Below the pieces are notes generated by a model. That model was not told the DNA's origin. It did not search any database and was given only the letters and a program-made list of their open reading frames with translations. DNA of 64,000 nucleotides from Laetmonice hystrix (Eukaryota), in NCBI GenBank assembly GCA_965235115.1, contig OZ249436.1:27218001-27282000 (forward strand), written 5' to 3'. Positions 24,303-35,200 of this stretch are shown here, piece by piece. A program made the position numbers and the translations under genes. Position 1 is the stretch's first letter. Each line of letters starts with the position of its first letter.

Positions 24303-27300
24303 TTAATCTGGACAGCAGAAAGCTTTCCGAGTAATTGCGTCCCGTGGTGCCTTGAAATTACAGCCGTAGATGTGGTACCCATTCGGTGAATAGCCTGGAC
24401 ACCAGAAGTAACGCTTCCCAGTTCTCTTTCTTCCATTACTAGTATAAAAAACACACACAAAAATGATATGTGTCAATCAACGCATGAAATCTTGCAGTTT
24501 GAGCTAAAAGTATGATAGTTACATCAACTTTAACCAACATTACCAAGTTTTCCACTACCACTAGAGAAAAGAATTCCCAAAATTTGACCAGTCGCCTTAG
24601 TGGTACTCTAAGAAACCAGACCCTCAAAGTTAAAGGTACCAGACTATCCAGTTATGATTCCAATAGCTATATAGCACTAGTATTACCTGAACCGAAGAGC
24701 TCCCTTTTTACATTTCGGGCATCGTGGTGGGACACCGTTTTTCATATAGTCAGCCACTGTGGCAGCCAGGTCAGAATGAGTACCTAGATTGTAGGCAGGC
24801 CGATCATTATACCTGCACAGTTACAGAACAATTCTTTATGCCAGCCAGTGGCTACATAATTAACATAACATAATTTACATAATTTAGTTAAAGAAAACTA
24901 GGGATTGTGGTCTTCATGCCTTTCAAAACTATTCTAATGTACGCATTACAATAAAGTGACTGACTATAGATCGATGCTACATGGACATGACATCAGTGAG
25001 AGATCACATTCGTGGGTCTAAGGAAAAGCATGAAGAAAGTCAGCCATTAGATATTTCACATAAAAGGTCCTACCTTAGAAGCTGTATCAGTGCTTCAACG
25101 TTGAACCATTTCAAACGAGCAGTGGTAGGTGGTTTGCCTGCCTTTGCTTGATCTGTTAACTCACGTGCCAGCTTCTTTGCCTATAATGCCATTAGTGATA
25201 AATGTATTTGTTTTATAACAGAGAATATGAATCATTTCCCTCTTCAGAGCTCAAATAGCTAAGTCCTTGCTGGTATCATAAACAATATCCCATATATCAA
25301 AAGGAACATTAGGAATTAGCTTCAACACACTCCTGCATCACAGCGCAAAGTAATGCTTTCTTTTCGTTTGTGTATTGCCGGTAACTCGGTTTGACCACAG
25401 TTTGATATATATAGTAGAGCCCAGACACAAATGTAATTCTTCCACTTCAGACGAGTGTCACTTACCTCTTGAGAGAGATTCAAAACGAAAGTGTGACCCA
25501 GAGAGTTGCGATACATTTCTCGCCCAGACCCAGTTGGGTCCTCAATCTGCACGATTCCTTCAGCCTGGAGAGCAGGGTCTTCTCCATCATCTCCACCTCC
25601 AGGGTCCTCATCCAGCAACTCTCCATCAGCCTGGAGAGCAGAGTCTACTCCATCATCTCCACCTCCAGGGTCCTCATCCAGCAACTCTCCATCAGCCTGG
25701 AGAGCAGAGTCTACCCCATCATCTCCACCTCCAGGGTCCTCATCCAGCAACTCTCCATCAGCCTGGAGAGCAGGGTCTTCTCCATCATCTCCACCTCCAG
25801 GGTCCTCATCCAGCAACTCTCCATCAGCCTGGAGAGCAGGGTCTTCTCCATCATCTCCACCTCCAGGGTCCTCATCCAGCAACTCTCCATCAGCCTGGAG
25901 AGCAGAGTCTACTCCATCATCTCCACCTCCAGGGTCCTCATCCAGCAACTCTCCATCAGCCTGGAGAGCAGGGTCTTCTCCATCATCTCCACCTCCAGGG
26001 TCCTCATCCAGCAACTCTCCATCAGCCTGGAGAGCAGAGTCTACTCCATCATCTCCACCTCCAGGGTCCTCATCCAGCAACTCTCCATCAGCCTGGAGAG
26101 CTGAGTCTACCCCATCATCTCCACCTCCAGGGTCCTCATCCAGCAACTCTCCATCAGCCTGGAGAGCAGAGTCTACTCCATCATCTCCACCTCCAGGGTC
26201 CTCATCCAGCAACTCTCCATCAGCCTGGAGAGCAGAGTCTACTCCATCATCTCCACCTCCAGGGTCCTCATCCAGCAACTCTCCATCAGCCTGGAGAGCA
26301 GAGTCTACTCCATCATCTCCACCTCCAGGGTCCTCATCCAGCAACTCTCCATCAGCCTGGAGAGCTGAGTCTACCCCATCATCTCCACCTCCAGGGTCCT
26401 CATCCAGCAACTCTCCATCAGCCTGGAGAGCAGAGTCTACTCCATCATCTCCACCTCCAGGGTCCTCATCCAGCAACTCTCCATCAGCCTGGAGAGCAGA
26501 GTCTACTCCATCATCTCCACCTCCAGGGTCCTCATCCAGCAACTCTCCATCAGCCTGGAGAGCAGAGTCTACTCCATCATCTCCACCTCCAGGGTCCTCA
26601 TCCAGCAACTCTCCATCAGCCTGGAGAGCAGGGTCTTCTCCATCATCTCCACCTCCAGGGTCCTCATCCAGCAACTCTCCATCAGCCTGGAGAGCAGAGT
26701 CTACCCCATCATCTCCACCTCCAGGGTCCTCATCCAGCAACTCTCCATCAGCCTGGAGAGCAGGGTCTTCTCCATCATCTCCACCTCCAGGGTCCTCATC
26801 CAGCAACTCTCCATCAGCCTGGAGAGCAGGGTCTTCTCCATCATCTCCACCTCCAGGGTCCTCATCCAGCAACTCTCCATCAGCCTGGAGAGCTGAGTCT
26901 ACCCCATCATCTCCACCTCCAGGGTCCTCATCCAGGAAACCTCTGCCAGTCAGTGTAGCCACTTCTACATCAGGTTCAGCATCTGTTTCCTTCTGCTGCA
27001 TTTTCCGCTTTGTTAAATGTGCTGTAAATTCTGTTTTAGTGTCTGACTGTTCAGAGACTCCGCAGTCTGTTCTACATACTGTGGATACATCATTTGTCAT
27101 GTCATAAAGCTTCCTTTTAGACCCTTTAGTGTTTCCTCTGTCGTGTATGGGTAATGTACACTGCCCCTCAGTTTTTTGTGGACTTATCAATTTTGCTTTA
27201 TCCATTTTTGCTTTGAGCTTACCACTTAATGTGGTTTTGAAGTAGCTCGAACTATTCATTTCTCTCCTTCGGCACTGGTTTGTAGGTAAAATATTGTCTT

Positions 27301-27357
27301 TTGTGTATGGGGTTATAAAATTATAATCTTTGGAGTTTCCTTCATTATAGTCAGCGT
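24303..27357 (-). CDS. Acidic tandem-repeat protein ending in a PARP1 PADR1/Zn3-like zinc-binding domain (no PARP catalytic domain); 5' exons uncertain
   Basis: GT-AG exons in consistent phase: 27357-25466, 25180-25074, 24812-24687, 24438-24303 (stop TAA). C-terminus NVEALIQLLRYND...VADYMKNGVPPRCPKCKKGALRFS...YFWCPGY...GCNFKAPRDAITRKAF aligns by eye to PARP1 LKELLIFN...VADGMVFG..CEECSGQLVF..YYCTG...KC...RKEW. Confidence 0.75.
25555..26935 (-). repeat. 66-bp coding tandem repeat, 21 units (DEDPGGGDDG[VDS/EDP]ALQADGELL)
   Basis: Period 66 nt; the - strand frame is continuous with the flanking unique exon sequence. Confidence 0.97.
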
Positions 27358-27422
27358 CTGAAATTAATTTAATGAAAGTAAGTACAACTGTATTCATATT
27401 TGCGGTATAATATAGGCCTATG

Positions 27423-27599
27423 CAGTGACGTAGCCAGGAATTAGTGAAAGGGGGAGGGCGTAAAAGGGGGCGTAAATTTTTTAAAGAAAAATCTGACAAG
27501 CAAAAAAAAAACAAACAAAAAAGTCTTCAACAATGCAAAAAAAAAGAGAAAAAAAAACCAAAAGGGGGGGGCATACGCCCTATGGTGGCTACGTCACTG
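27423..27599. mobile_element. hAT-like MITE, 5-bp TSD (duplicated at 28840-29016)
   Basis: TIR CAGTGACGTAGCCA / TGGCTACGTCACTG; TSD CTATG. Confidence 0.88.
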
Positions 27600-27630
27600 C
27601 TATGTACATATCAACAAACTGGTAATCACA

Positions 27631-29047
27631 GCTCCATCAGCCTGGAGAGCAGAGTCTACTCCATCATCTCCACCTCCAGGGTCCTCATCCAGCAACTCTC
27701 CATCAGCCTGGAGAGCAGAGTCTACTCCATCATCTCCACCTCCAGGGTCCTCATCCAGCAACTCTCCATCAGCCTGGAGAGCAGAGTCTACTCCATCATC
27801 TCCACCTCCAGGGTCCTCATCCAGCAACTCTCCATCAGCCTGGAGAGCTGAGTCTACCCCATCATCTCCACCTCCAGGGTCCTCATCCAGCAACTCTCCA
27901 TCAGCCTGGAGAGCAGAGTCTACTCCATCATCTCCACCTCCAGGGTCCTCATCCAGCAACTCTCCATCAGCCTGGAGAGCAGAGTCTACTCCATCATCTC
28001 CACCTCCAGGGTCCTCATCCAGCAACTCTCCATCAGCCTGGAGAGCAGAGTCTACTCCATCATCTCCACCTCCAGGGTCCTCATCCAGCAACTCTCCATC
28101 AGCCTGGAGAGCAGGGTCTTCTCCATCATCTCCACCTCCAGGGTCCTCATCCAGCAACTCTCCATCAGCCTGGAGAGCAGAGTCTACCCCATCATCTCCA
28201 CCTCCAGGGTCCTCATCCAGCAACTCTCCATCAGCCTGGAGAGCAGGGTCTTCTCCATCATCTCCACCTCCAGGGTCCTCATCCAGCAACTCTCCATCAG
28301 CCTGGAGAGCTGAGTCTACCCCATCATCTCCACCTCCAGGGTCCTCATCCAGGAAACCTCTGCCAGTCAGTGTAGCCACTTCTACATCAGGTTCAGCATC
28401 TGTTTCCTTCTGCTGCATTTTCCGCTTTGTTAAATGTGCTGTAAATTCTGTTTTAGTGTCTGACTGTTCAGAGACTCCGCAGTCTGTTCTACATACTGTG
28501 GATACATCATTTGTCATGTCATAAAGCTTCCTTTTAGACCCTTTAGTGTTTCCTCTGTCGTGTATGGGTAATGTACACTGCCCCTCAGTTTTTTGTGGAC
28601 TTATCAATTTTGCTTTATCCATTTTTGCTTTGAGCTTACCACTTAATGTGGTTTTGAAGTAGCTCGAACTATTCATTTCTCTCCTTCGGCACTGGTTTGT
28701 AGGTAAAATATTGTCTTTTGTGTATGGGGTTATAAAATTATAATCTTTGGAGTTTCCTTCATTATAGTCAGCGTCTGAAATTAATTTAATGAAAGTAAGT
28801 ACAACTGTATTCATATTTGCGGTATAATATAGGCCTATGCAGTGACGTAGCCAGGAATTAGTGAAAGGGGGAGGGCGTAAAAGGGGGCGTAAATTTTTTA
28901 AAGAAAAATCTGACAAGCAAAAAAAAAACAAACAAAAAAGTCTTCAACAATGCAAAAAAAAAGAGAAAAAAAAACCAAAAGGGGGGGGCATACGCCCTAT
29001 GGTGGCTACGTCACTGCTATGTACATATCAACAAACTGGTAATCACA
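27631..29047. repeat. 1417-bp tandem duplication of the exon 5' half + MITE + intron segment (11 repeat units)
   Basis: Unique sequence at 26933-27630 recurs at +1417. Junction is ...GGTAATCACA|GCTCCATCAG at 27630/27631. Confidence 0.9.
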
Positions 29048-30576
29048 TATCCTGGCAATGACATTCTTTTGACAATAATTATATTAATGCGGACTACAAG
29101 ACTGTGTAAGTCTCTATATAATAGAGACCTACAAGTAAAAATTTGTAACATAATACTGAAGGGTATGCACTCTTTTTACATGGCTAGTAATATTACCTGG
29201 GTGACTGCTTTTTCAAATTGGTCGCCAGTGGCAGGCTTCCCTTTTAAAAGAAACGCAATTGCGCCCGCACTCCATCGCGCTCATTATTTTTTTGTGATCC
29301 GGTGCAACTGACCGCGCTCCGTGAAAATGATCTTGTGGTTGGGGGACTATTACGGAAAGTGAAATAATAGCTCTACATCATAAATCAACGAGAGCTATTT
29401 ATAGACGTGAACGCCTGCAGTGGGTAAATTTGGTCGCATTTGACGTCCCACATCCACAGGTCACAAATTTGAGCCCTGCTAGGCCTAGTCCAGAAACCTA
29501 GAACTTTGGTTGTAACCCTAGTATCAGACTCTGGCTTATTGGACTAACACTATATATACTGTAAATCACTTTAATTTGGCATGGTTAAAATTTCGCGTTT
29601 TTCATTTTAGGCTGGTTTGGCGTTTCTTAAATTCGCGTTTAGGCAATGGCATCCCCATCTAAAAGTAAAGACATGTATTAAATTCAACAGTTTTAATTCA
29701 TAGTAAGCAACTGCCAAGTTAAAGAAGGTAATGAAGTGTTGTTTTGTTTTGTAAGCAGATATTAGGCCTACTGGAAATGCCGTTCCAAGTGTTTATTAGG
29801 CGTTTCTTAATTTTGCGGGTTTTTTTTAAACACACACGAAAAATACCTGATTTACAGTAGTCTAAAATACATTACTGGACTGAAGGGGGGGCACGGGGGT
29901 CAGCCCCCCAGCCCCCCCCCCCCCCCCCGCCCCATTGGACTGGTATTGGATAGGGTTCCAAGCCCATTGGCTTCATTTGTTTGGTCGCCAGCTGGGCTGG
30001 GGATTGCTTCCATTCAAAATCATCGGGTCCTTGTACCTCCCTGTACCTCCCCCACACATCATTTCCAGTCGTACATAAAGTCTTAATGAAGGTGTCCCTA
30101 CTGTTCTTTAAGCACTGGCTGTTGGTGAATGAGTATTCAGCCGACTTTTTTGGTCTGAAGCGGGAGTTTGAATCTGTGAACATAATGGCAGCTATCACTG
30201 GTCATGAGGCTGTCTCGCCCAAAACAAGGCTGGGGGCAGGGTCAGTCAGGGAGCAGTTCTTATTTTCATACTGCATCAATGCATCAATGTGTAGCGATGT
30301 GTCTGTGAAAAACTAACCCCTCCCTCCCTCCCTTCTTCCGCCCAAAACGAGGCTGGGGGCAAGATGGCGACTTGCTTTATGTGAATGTGCCCACTACATA
30401 GACTTGGATTTCAAATATACGGGTTGACAGCAGGATTTATTGGAGTAAATTGTACCACAGACATACATAAGGACATATTTTTAAAATCATTGAGTGTAAT
30501 ACGAGTTCACACCTGAGTGGTAGGTAACAAATAAAACGTGACGGGCTGACGGGGACTGGGAACCCCCCCGTTTTCA

Positions 30577-30987
30577 TAATGGCGGGCTCAGACAGAGCGA
30601 CTGCTTGCGACGCAACTCTATCGTCGCGTCGGCCTGTCTGAGCTACCTTGCAACGCGATTTTGGCCAGTTGCAGTTGCGTCGCAAGACATTAAACGTGTA
30701 TAATATTTGGCGACTGGTCGCAACTGGTTGCTTTGTCTGAGGGGGCTGCCAACACGACTGGACCATTGCTAGCGGTAATAATCAATAAGAGACAATCATT
30801 TATAGTTCGCTTGACAATTACAACATCACAAGGTCATTGTGACGTAACAGGATCACTGTAGCAGCGGCGGTCGCGTTGCTCAGTGTGAGCTCCCCCGTCT
30901 TTCAGTCGTGTGCAACTTGCGATTCCTTGCGACTTTTGCCGTTGCAAGGAATCGCGTCGCATCACTCTGTCTGAGCCCACCATTAGG
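30577..30987. mobile_element. MITE with ~21-bp TIR
   Basis: TAATGGCGGGCTCAGACAGAG vs CTCTGTCTGAGCCCACCATTA; internal GCGAC/TTGC repeats. TSD not resolved. Confidence 0.55.
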
Positions 30988-31864
30988 GATCGCTGTCTAT
31001 CCCAGACTGACAAGTAACTGGGACGATGCTCTGTCTATAGGTATTGGAATGATGATAGGGCGCCGAAGTCTCGCGGCACGGTTATGGATTTTCTGGATAG
31101 GAGGTACAAATGGAGCATCAATGTTGACACCCAAATGTTACGTCACAAATTTCCCATTGGTTTAACATAGGAGGAAGAGACATCGTTCCAAAGATCGGTC
31201 TAGTCTTGAAGAATTTCGTGTTTTTATGTATCAAAATTATCTATTCAAGCATAAAACAGGTTGATACAAATATCTGGGAAGGTTTCATTACAAAGGACAG
31301 CATAATTACAGAGAAATCACAAGTTGAATTTGGCAGTCGCCGTTCCCTATGGCCGGCGCAATGCTAAACAAGCGTGAGCGATAATGACGTGTCAACAAAA
31401 TCAACCTTTATCACGTTGTAACGCAACATCTCATGACCTACTTCGGCACCCTATTGGTGCCAAATTTCCTTTTTCTCATAGTCCAAATTCAAGAGCTTTC
31501 TTAATTAACCATGTTATGATGTTGCAACCCCCTTTTGCTTTTGCCAGATTTCCCCCTTGCCCTTGGACACGCCCCCCCCCCCCTTTTCCAAAACCTGGAT
31601 CCAGCCCCATGGCCATATGCCATGGCAATATCTACATCATCATCATGCACCGGCGGATCCGGGGGGGGGGGGGTTAATTCAAGGGGTTTAACCCCCCCAC
31701 CCCCACCCACCGAGCCGTGCACCAATTAAGCGCCCCCTCGTTAGGGCTCCCTCGGCACTGTTGGCGTCTCTGTACCCCCCCCCCCCCTGGAAAAAACCTA
31801 GATCCGCCCCTGATCATCATGTCCATGATCATGTGCTCACGGTCAGAGACAGGCTAGCATAGGC

Positions 31865-32231
31865 GGTGTGCGTCCATTTCGGCCGCCTGCCGGTTCGGCC
31901 GCCCGTATGGTTAACGTTAGGGTGTAGGGGCCTATATCGAAATCGGCCGCCGATCGAAGTCGGCCGCGCGCAAATTACGGGCGGCCGGACCCGACCAGAA
32001 GAGTTAAGGTTAAGGTTAGGCCTAGGGTTAGTGATAGTTTAGTCCCGCGGGCGGCTCCGACGGCAGAGCCGGGGGTGCTGCGTGCAAAGCCCGATCGTCT
32101 GTAGGTTATTACGGGCGGCCGATTTCGAGCGGCGGCCGATTGAGTGACCAGTAGCACCGTGGTGAAGCTGGTCACTACAATAGGCCTATACGGGCGGCCG
32201 AACTGGCAGGCGGCCGAAACGACTGGCGAGC
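31865..32231 (+). mobile_element. Non-autonomous element with subterminal inverted repeats, telomere-like GGTTA(A/G) tract and 8-bp TSD (Zisupton-like by inference)
   Basis: TSD GCATAGGC on both sides. Sub-TIR TTTCGGCCGCCTGCC.GTTCGGCCGCCCGTA. Second copy at 63510-63872. Confidence 0.75.
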
Positions 32232-35200
32232 GCATAGGCGGGGAGGGGGATCTACTCCAACAAGTTAGTCAGAGTCAGAGTGACAGACCATAGATGTGTC
32301 TCCTACACATCCATGGACAGACTTTGAGACTAGCCAAAAAACAAATCGATTTGCTTGTAGTTGTGGTCAGACGTACTGTAGGAGCCTAGTCTACTTGAAG
32401 TTGGAGTCTTTGCCAGGAGCCTATCTATACCTGCTAAAACTAAAAGCTTACCATCACACATGGTCCAGCTTCTTTTTGGCCTTTTTTCGCGGGTTAACCA
32501 GTTGCAAGTAGACCCTACCGGTAGGTGGAGCCACAGAGCTTAGTGGCGGCAAACCATCGACCTTTAGAAACAATAGAGGGCGGCGCTGTCCCTCTACATG
32601 TCCCTGTCCCACTAGGTTCTGCCTCTCTGGTGAAGTCGGACTTCCAAGCAAAGTGAGATCTAGAAGGGCACAGAAGTTTAGGCAATTAAGGTGTCCCAGG
32701 GCTGGCCCCCCTCGAAAATAAAATAAATCAGCGAATCCAGAAGGGATGTCGGGGGGGGGGGGGGGGCAGTCAGAAGGGGCACGGGGGGGGGGGGGTTAGG
32801 CCCACTCGAGAGAGAGAGAGCAAAGTCGGAATCATGGTAAAAAGGGCCTGAAATATTGAACGGGGATCGGCCACTTTGGGGGTCAGGGGGAGCACGTGCC
32901 CCCCCCCCTCACAGTGGCGAGTATCCCGGACCCCCCCCCCCCCCTTTGAAGTTTTTGTAAAACAGGAGTGTAAAAAGTGCATTATTTTAGCCAAAGGAAA
33001 TAGGCATAGGCCTAGTCATATCTATATGGCGTTCTTATATTGCATAATTTGATGTCTTTTTTTTATATACGTAAATTTCCCAGAGGAGCATGGCCTAGGC
33101 CTATAAGGCGCCCCCCCCCCCGATCCGCGCCTGGAAATACAGGATGCGCCTACATAATATATTTCTTGCCATTGGTTTTATCTACCACCAGGACCCGAAA
33201 GGCCTAGGTCTCCCTTCTATAAATCATATAGACGCACGCGTAGGCCTATTATTTAAAAGTTTATTAGGCTTATTCAGATTTTTATCTTGACCAGGCAGAT
33301 CCTGGCTGGTGGGTTACGTGGGTATAGGTTACGAATGGGATTTAAGTCGAAGGGGGAAAAAGAAAGAAAAAATGTTGTCCTCTGGTATCAAAATGAAGAT
33401 TTTCTACCAAGCTGATGTTCAGAAATCACTGGTATCATCTAGGCAACCTCTGAGAGCTTCTGATTTGGACACAGCAGCGACATAATATAGAGCAGGGGAT
33501 CTTTAACCATAATCTTTAGGGTCACGGGGACACTCGCGAGAAAAATGTATACCGTACCATTCCAAACCAAACCAAACCAAAAACATAAACACATTGATGC
33601 ATAAAACGTAGGCAGGCTACAGGATAGCATGGAGTCGACGTACGCCGACACAATTAATGCCCAGTCTTCAAAAGCAAGCCATTTTCACATTCCAGAAAAA
33701 AAGTTTTTTCTTTTAAAGTGGGCTTTAAATCGGTACAAAGGAAAACTGAGTTTCTGTTCCCGGTTGACAGTCCCCTTGAAACCTTTCTATGCCTATGGGA
33801 GCCCCTAACACTCAGAAAAACAACATGTAAGGTCCTACTTGGAGGGGACATTTATAAAGAGAAGCCGACAGTGAGAGCTTTTCAATTTTAGAATCCGAGT
33901 GGTGAATGTAAACAGATTTTGTGCTAAAAATTAAAGAAAAAAAACACGAAACTGAACACATACAAAACCATTGCTCTCATTGTTTTATTAAATTCTTTGA
34001 TGAACATATATATATTCTACACACACATACATAGGTACAGAACGCATCAGACAATTCAGTACATTCTACGGCAGTGACATATTTGAAAAGGGAAATATCC
34101 CTCAAATGGAGAGTCAAATACGAAGGACAAATTCTTGCGGCTTTGGGCCATTAGATAAGCTAAGAACTTTCAACAGCATGCCCGCTTCAAGAGTTAGTAA
34201 ATACGCCACCGTTCTACGGTTATTTTACTGCTTTGTCGTCCAGGCCACCAAAAGATTCATGACAGTGACATACCCTCTCATTTATGCATGTATAACTATT
34301 ATTTATCATATCAAAAGTTGTCTCTCATATAATTCGATTAGTGTGCAATAGCAAGTGCACCTATTAAAATAATCTGTGTATAGTCTGACTGGAGAATAAA
34401 GTTTGTTTGCCATTTGCGAGAGGGAATTTATGCAACTTCTTTACTCCAGGTTCCGATATTCAAAGTTACGATTTAGAACTGATTGCTCTCACCACTGACA
34501 GTAGGCCTACTTATATAATTACGGTAAATCCAGTTAGTGATGTTCTGTGTGCTTCAACAGAAAGGAATGCAGAGGTTTTTTATAGAACATAGAACTTGTT
34601 AAACTTAAAGGTTAAACTATGGGGCCACACTGCAGTACGCAACTAAAGAGCCAAAATATGTCATGGTCACAACCCCTTAACTGAAATGTCCGTCACCGGA
34701 ACAGGTTTCGGACGTGCCATAGCGCTACGTCAAGGAGGTTCACTTGGAGAACGCAACGTCACAACTCTGGCCACTCTTAGAAAATACATTTGTACGTCAC
34801 ATGCCTACAACACCTGTATCTTTTCTTTTATCGTTATGTAAAAATACATGTGTTAACATGTGAGTTAGATTGTCATGTTTTCTCCAACTCCCTTGCAAAA
34901 TAAAATGGAACTTGAAATATGTCACCTATTGTTTTTAACGTTTGGAAAAAATAACTGTCAGAATGCTGGAACATCTTTTACTTTCTGAGAATGGACCTCG
35001 TTTAATCCTAGTACACATACCTTCCTTGAGTAGGCCCCTTCGTTAAATAGTACTTTACAACCTTTTAATTTATCGTGACTCAAATCTACATCTAGATAGA
35101 AATATTAGGCTGAATCAGTATGAATATGGTTACACTGTCTATGGACTGTTAACTGATTGTCATACTCCACAGCTCAAAAATGTATGATTACCCCAGTTAA

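Noticed and set aside
25375-27107. + strand ORFs of 527, 533 and 211 aa (His-rich, Ser/Pro-rich) over the 66-bp array
   Set aside because: Shadow frames of a stop-free repeat. Only the - frame continues through unique sequence and splices in phase to conserved-looking exons.
29872-30316. Overlapping ~110-aa ORFs on both strands
   Set aside because: No recognisable motif or splice support.
31865-32231. Helentron/HINE interpretation of the sub-TIR element
   Set aside because: Both copies have exact 8-bp TSDs, which rolling-circle elements do not make.
29195-32461. 5' exons of the PADR1-like gene (phase-1 donors at ~29195 and 32452, the latter after ATG TGT GAT G)
   Set aside because: Both are plausible, but the first has an in-frame TGA and the second only 10 coding nt. 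They cannot be chosen without transcripts.
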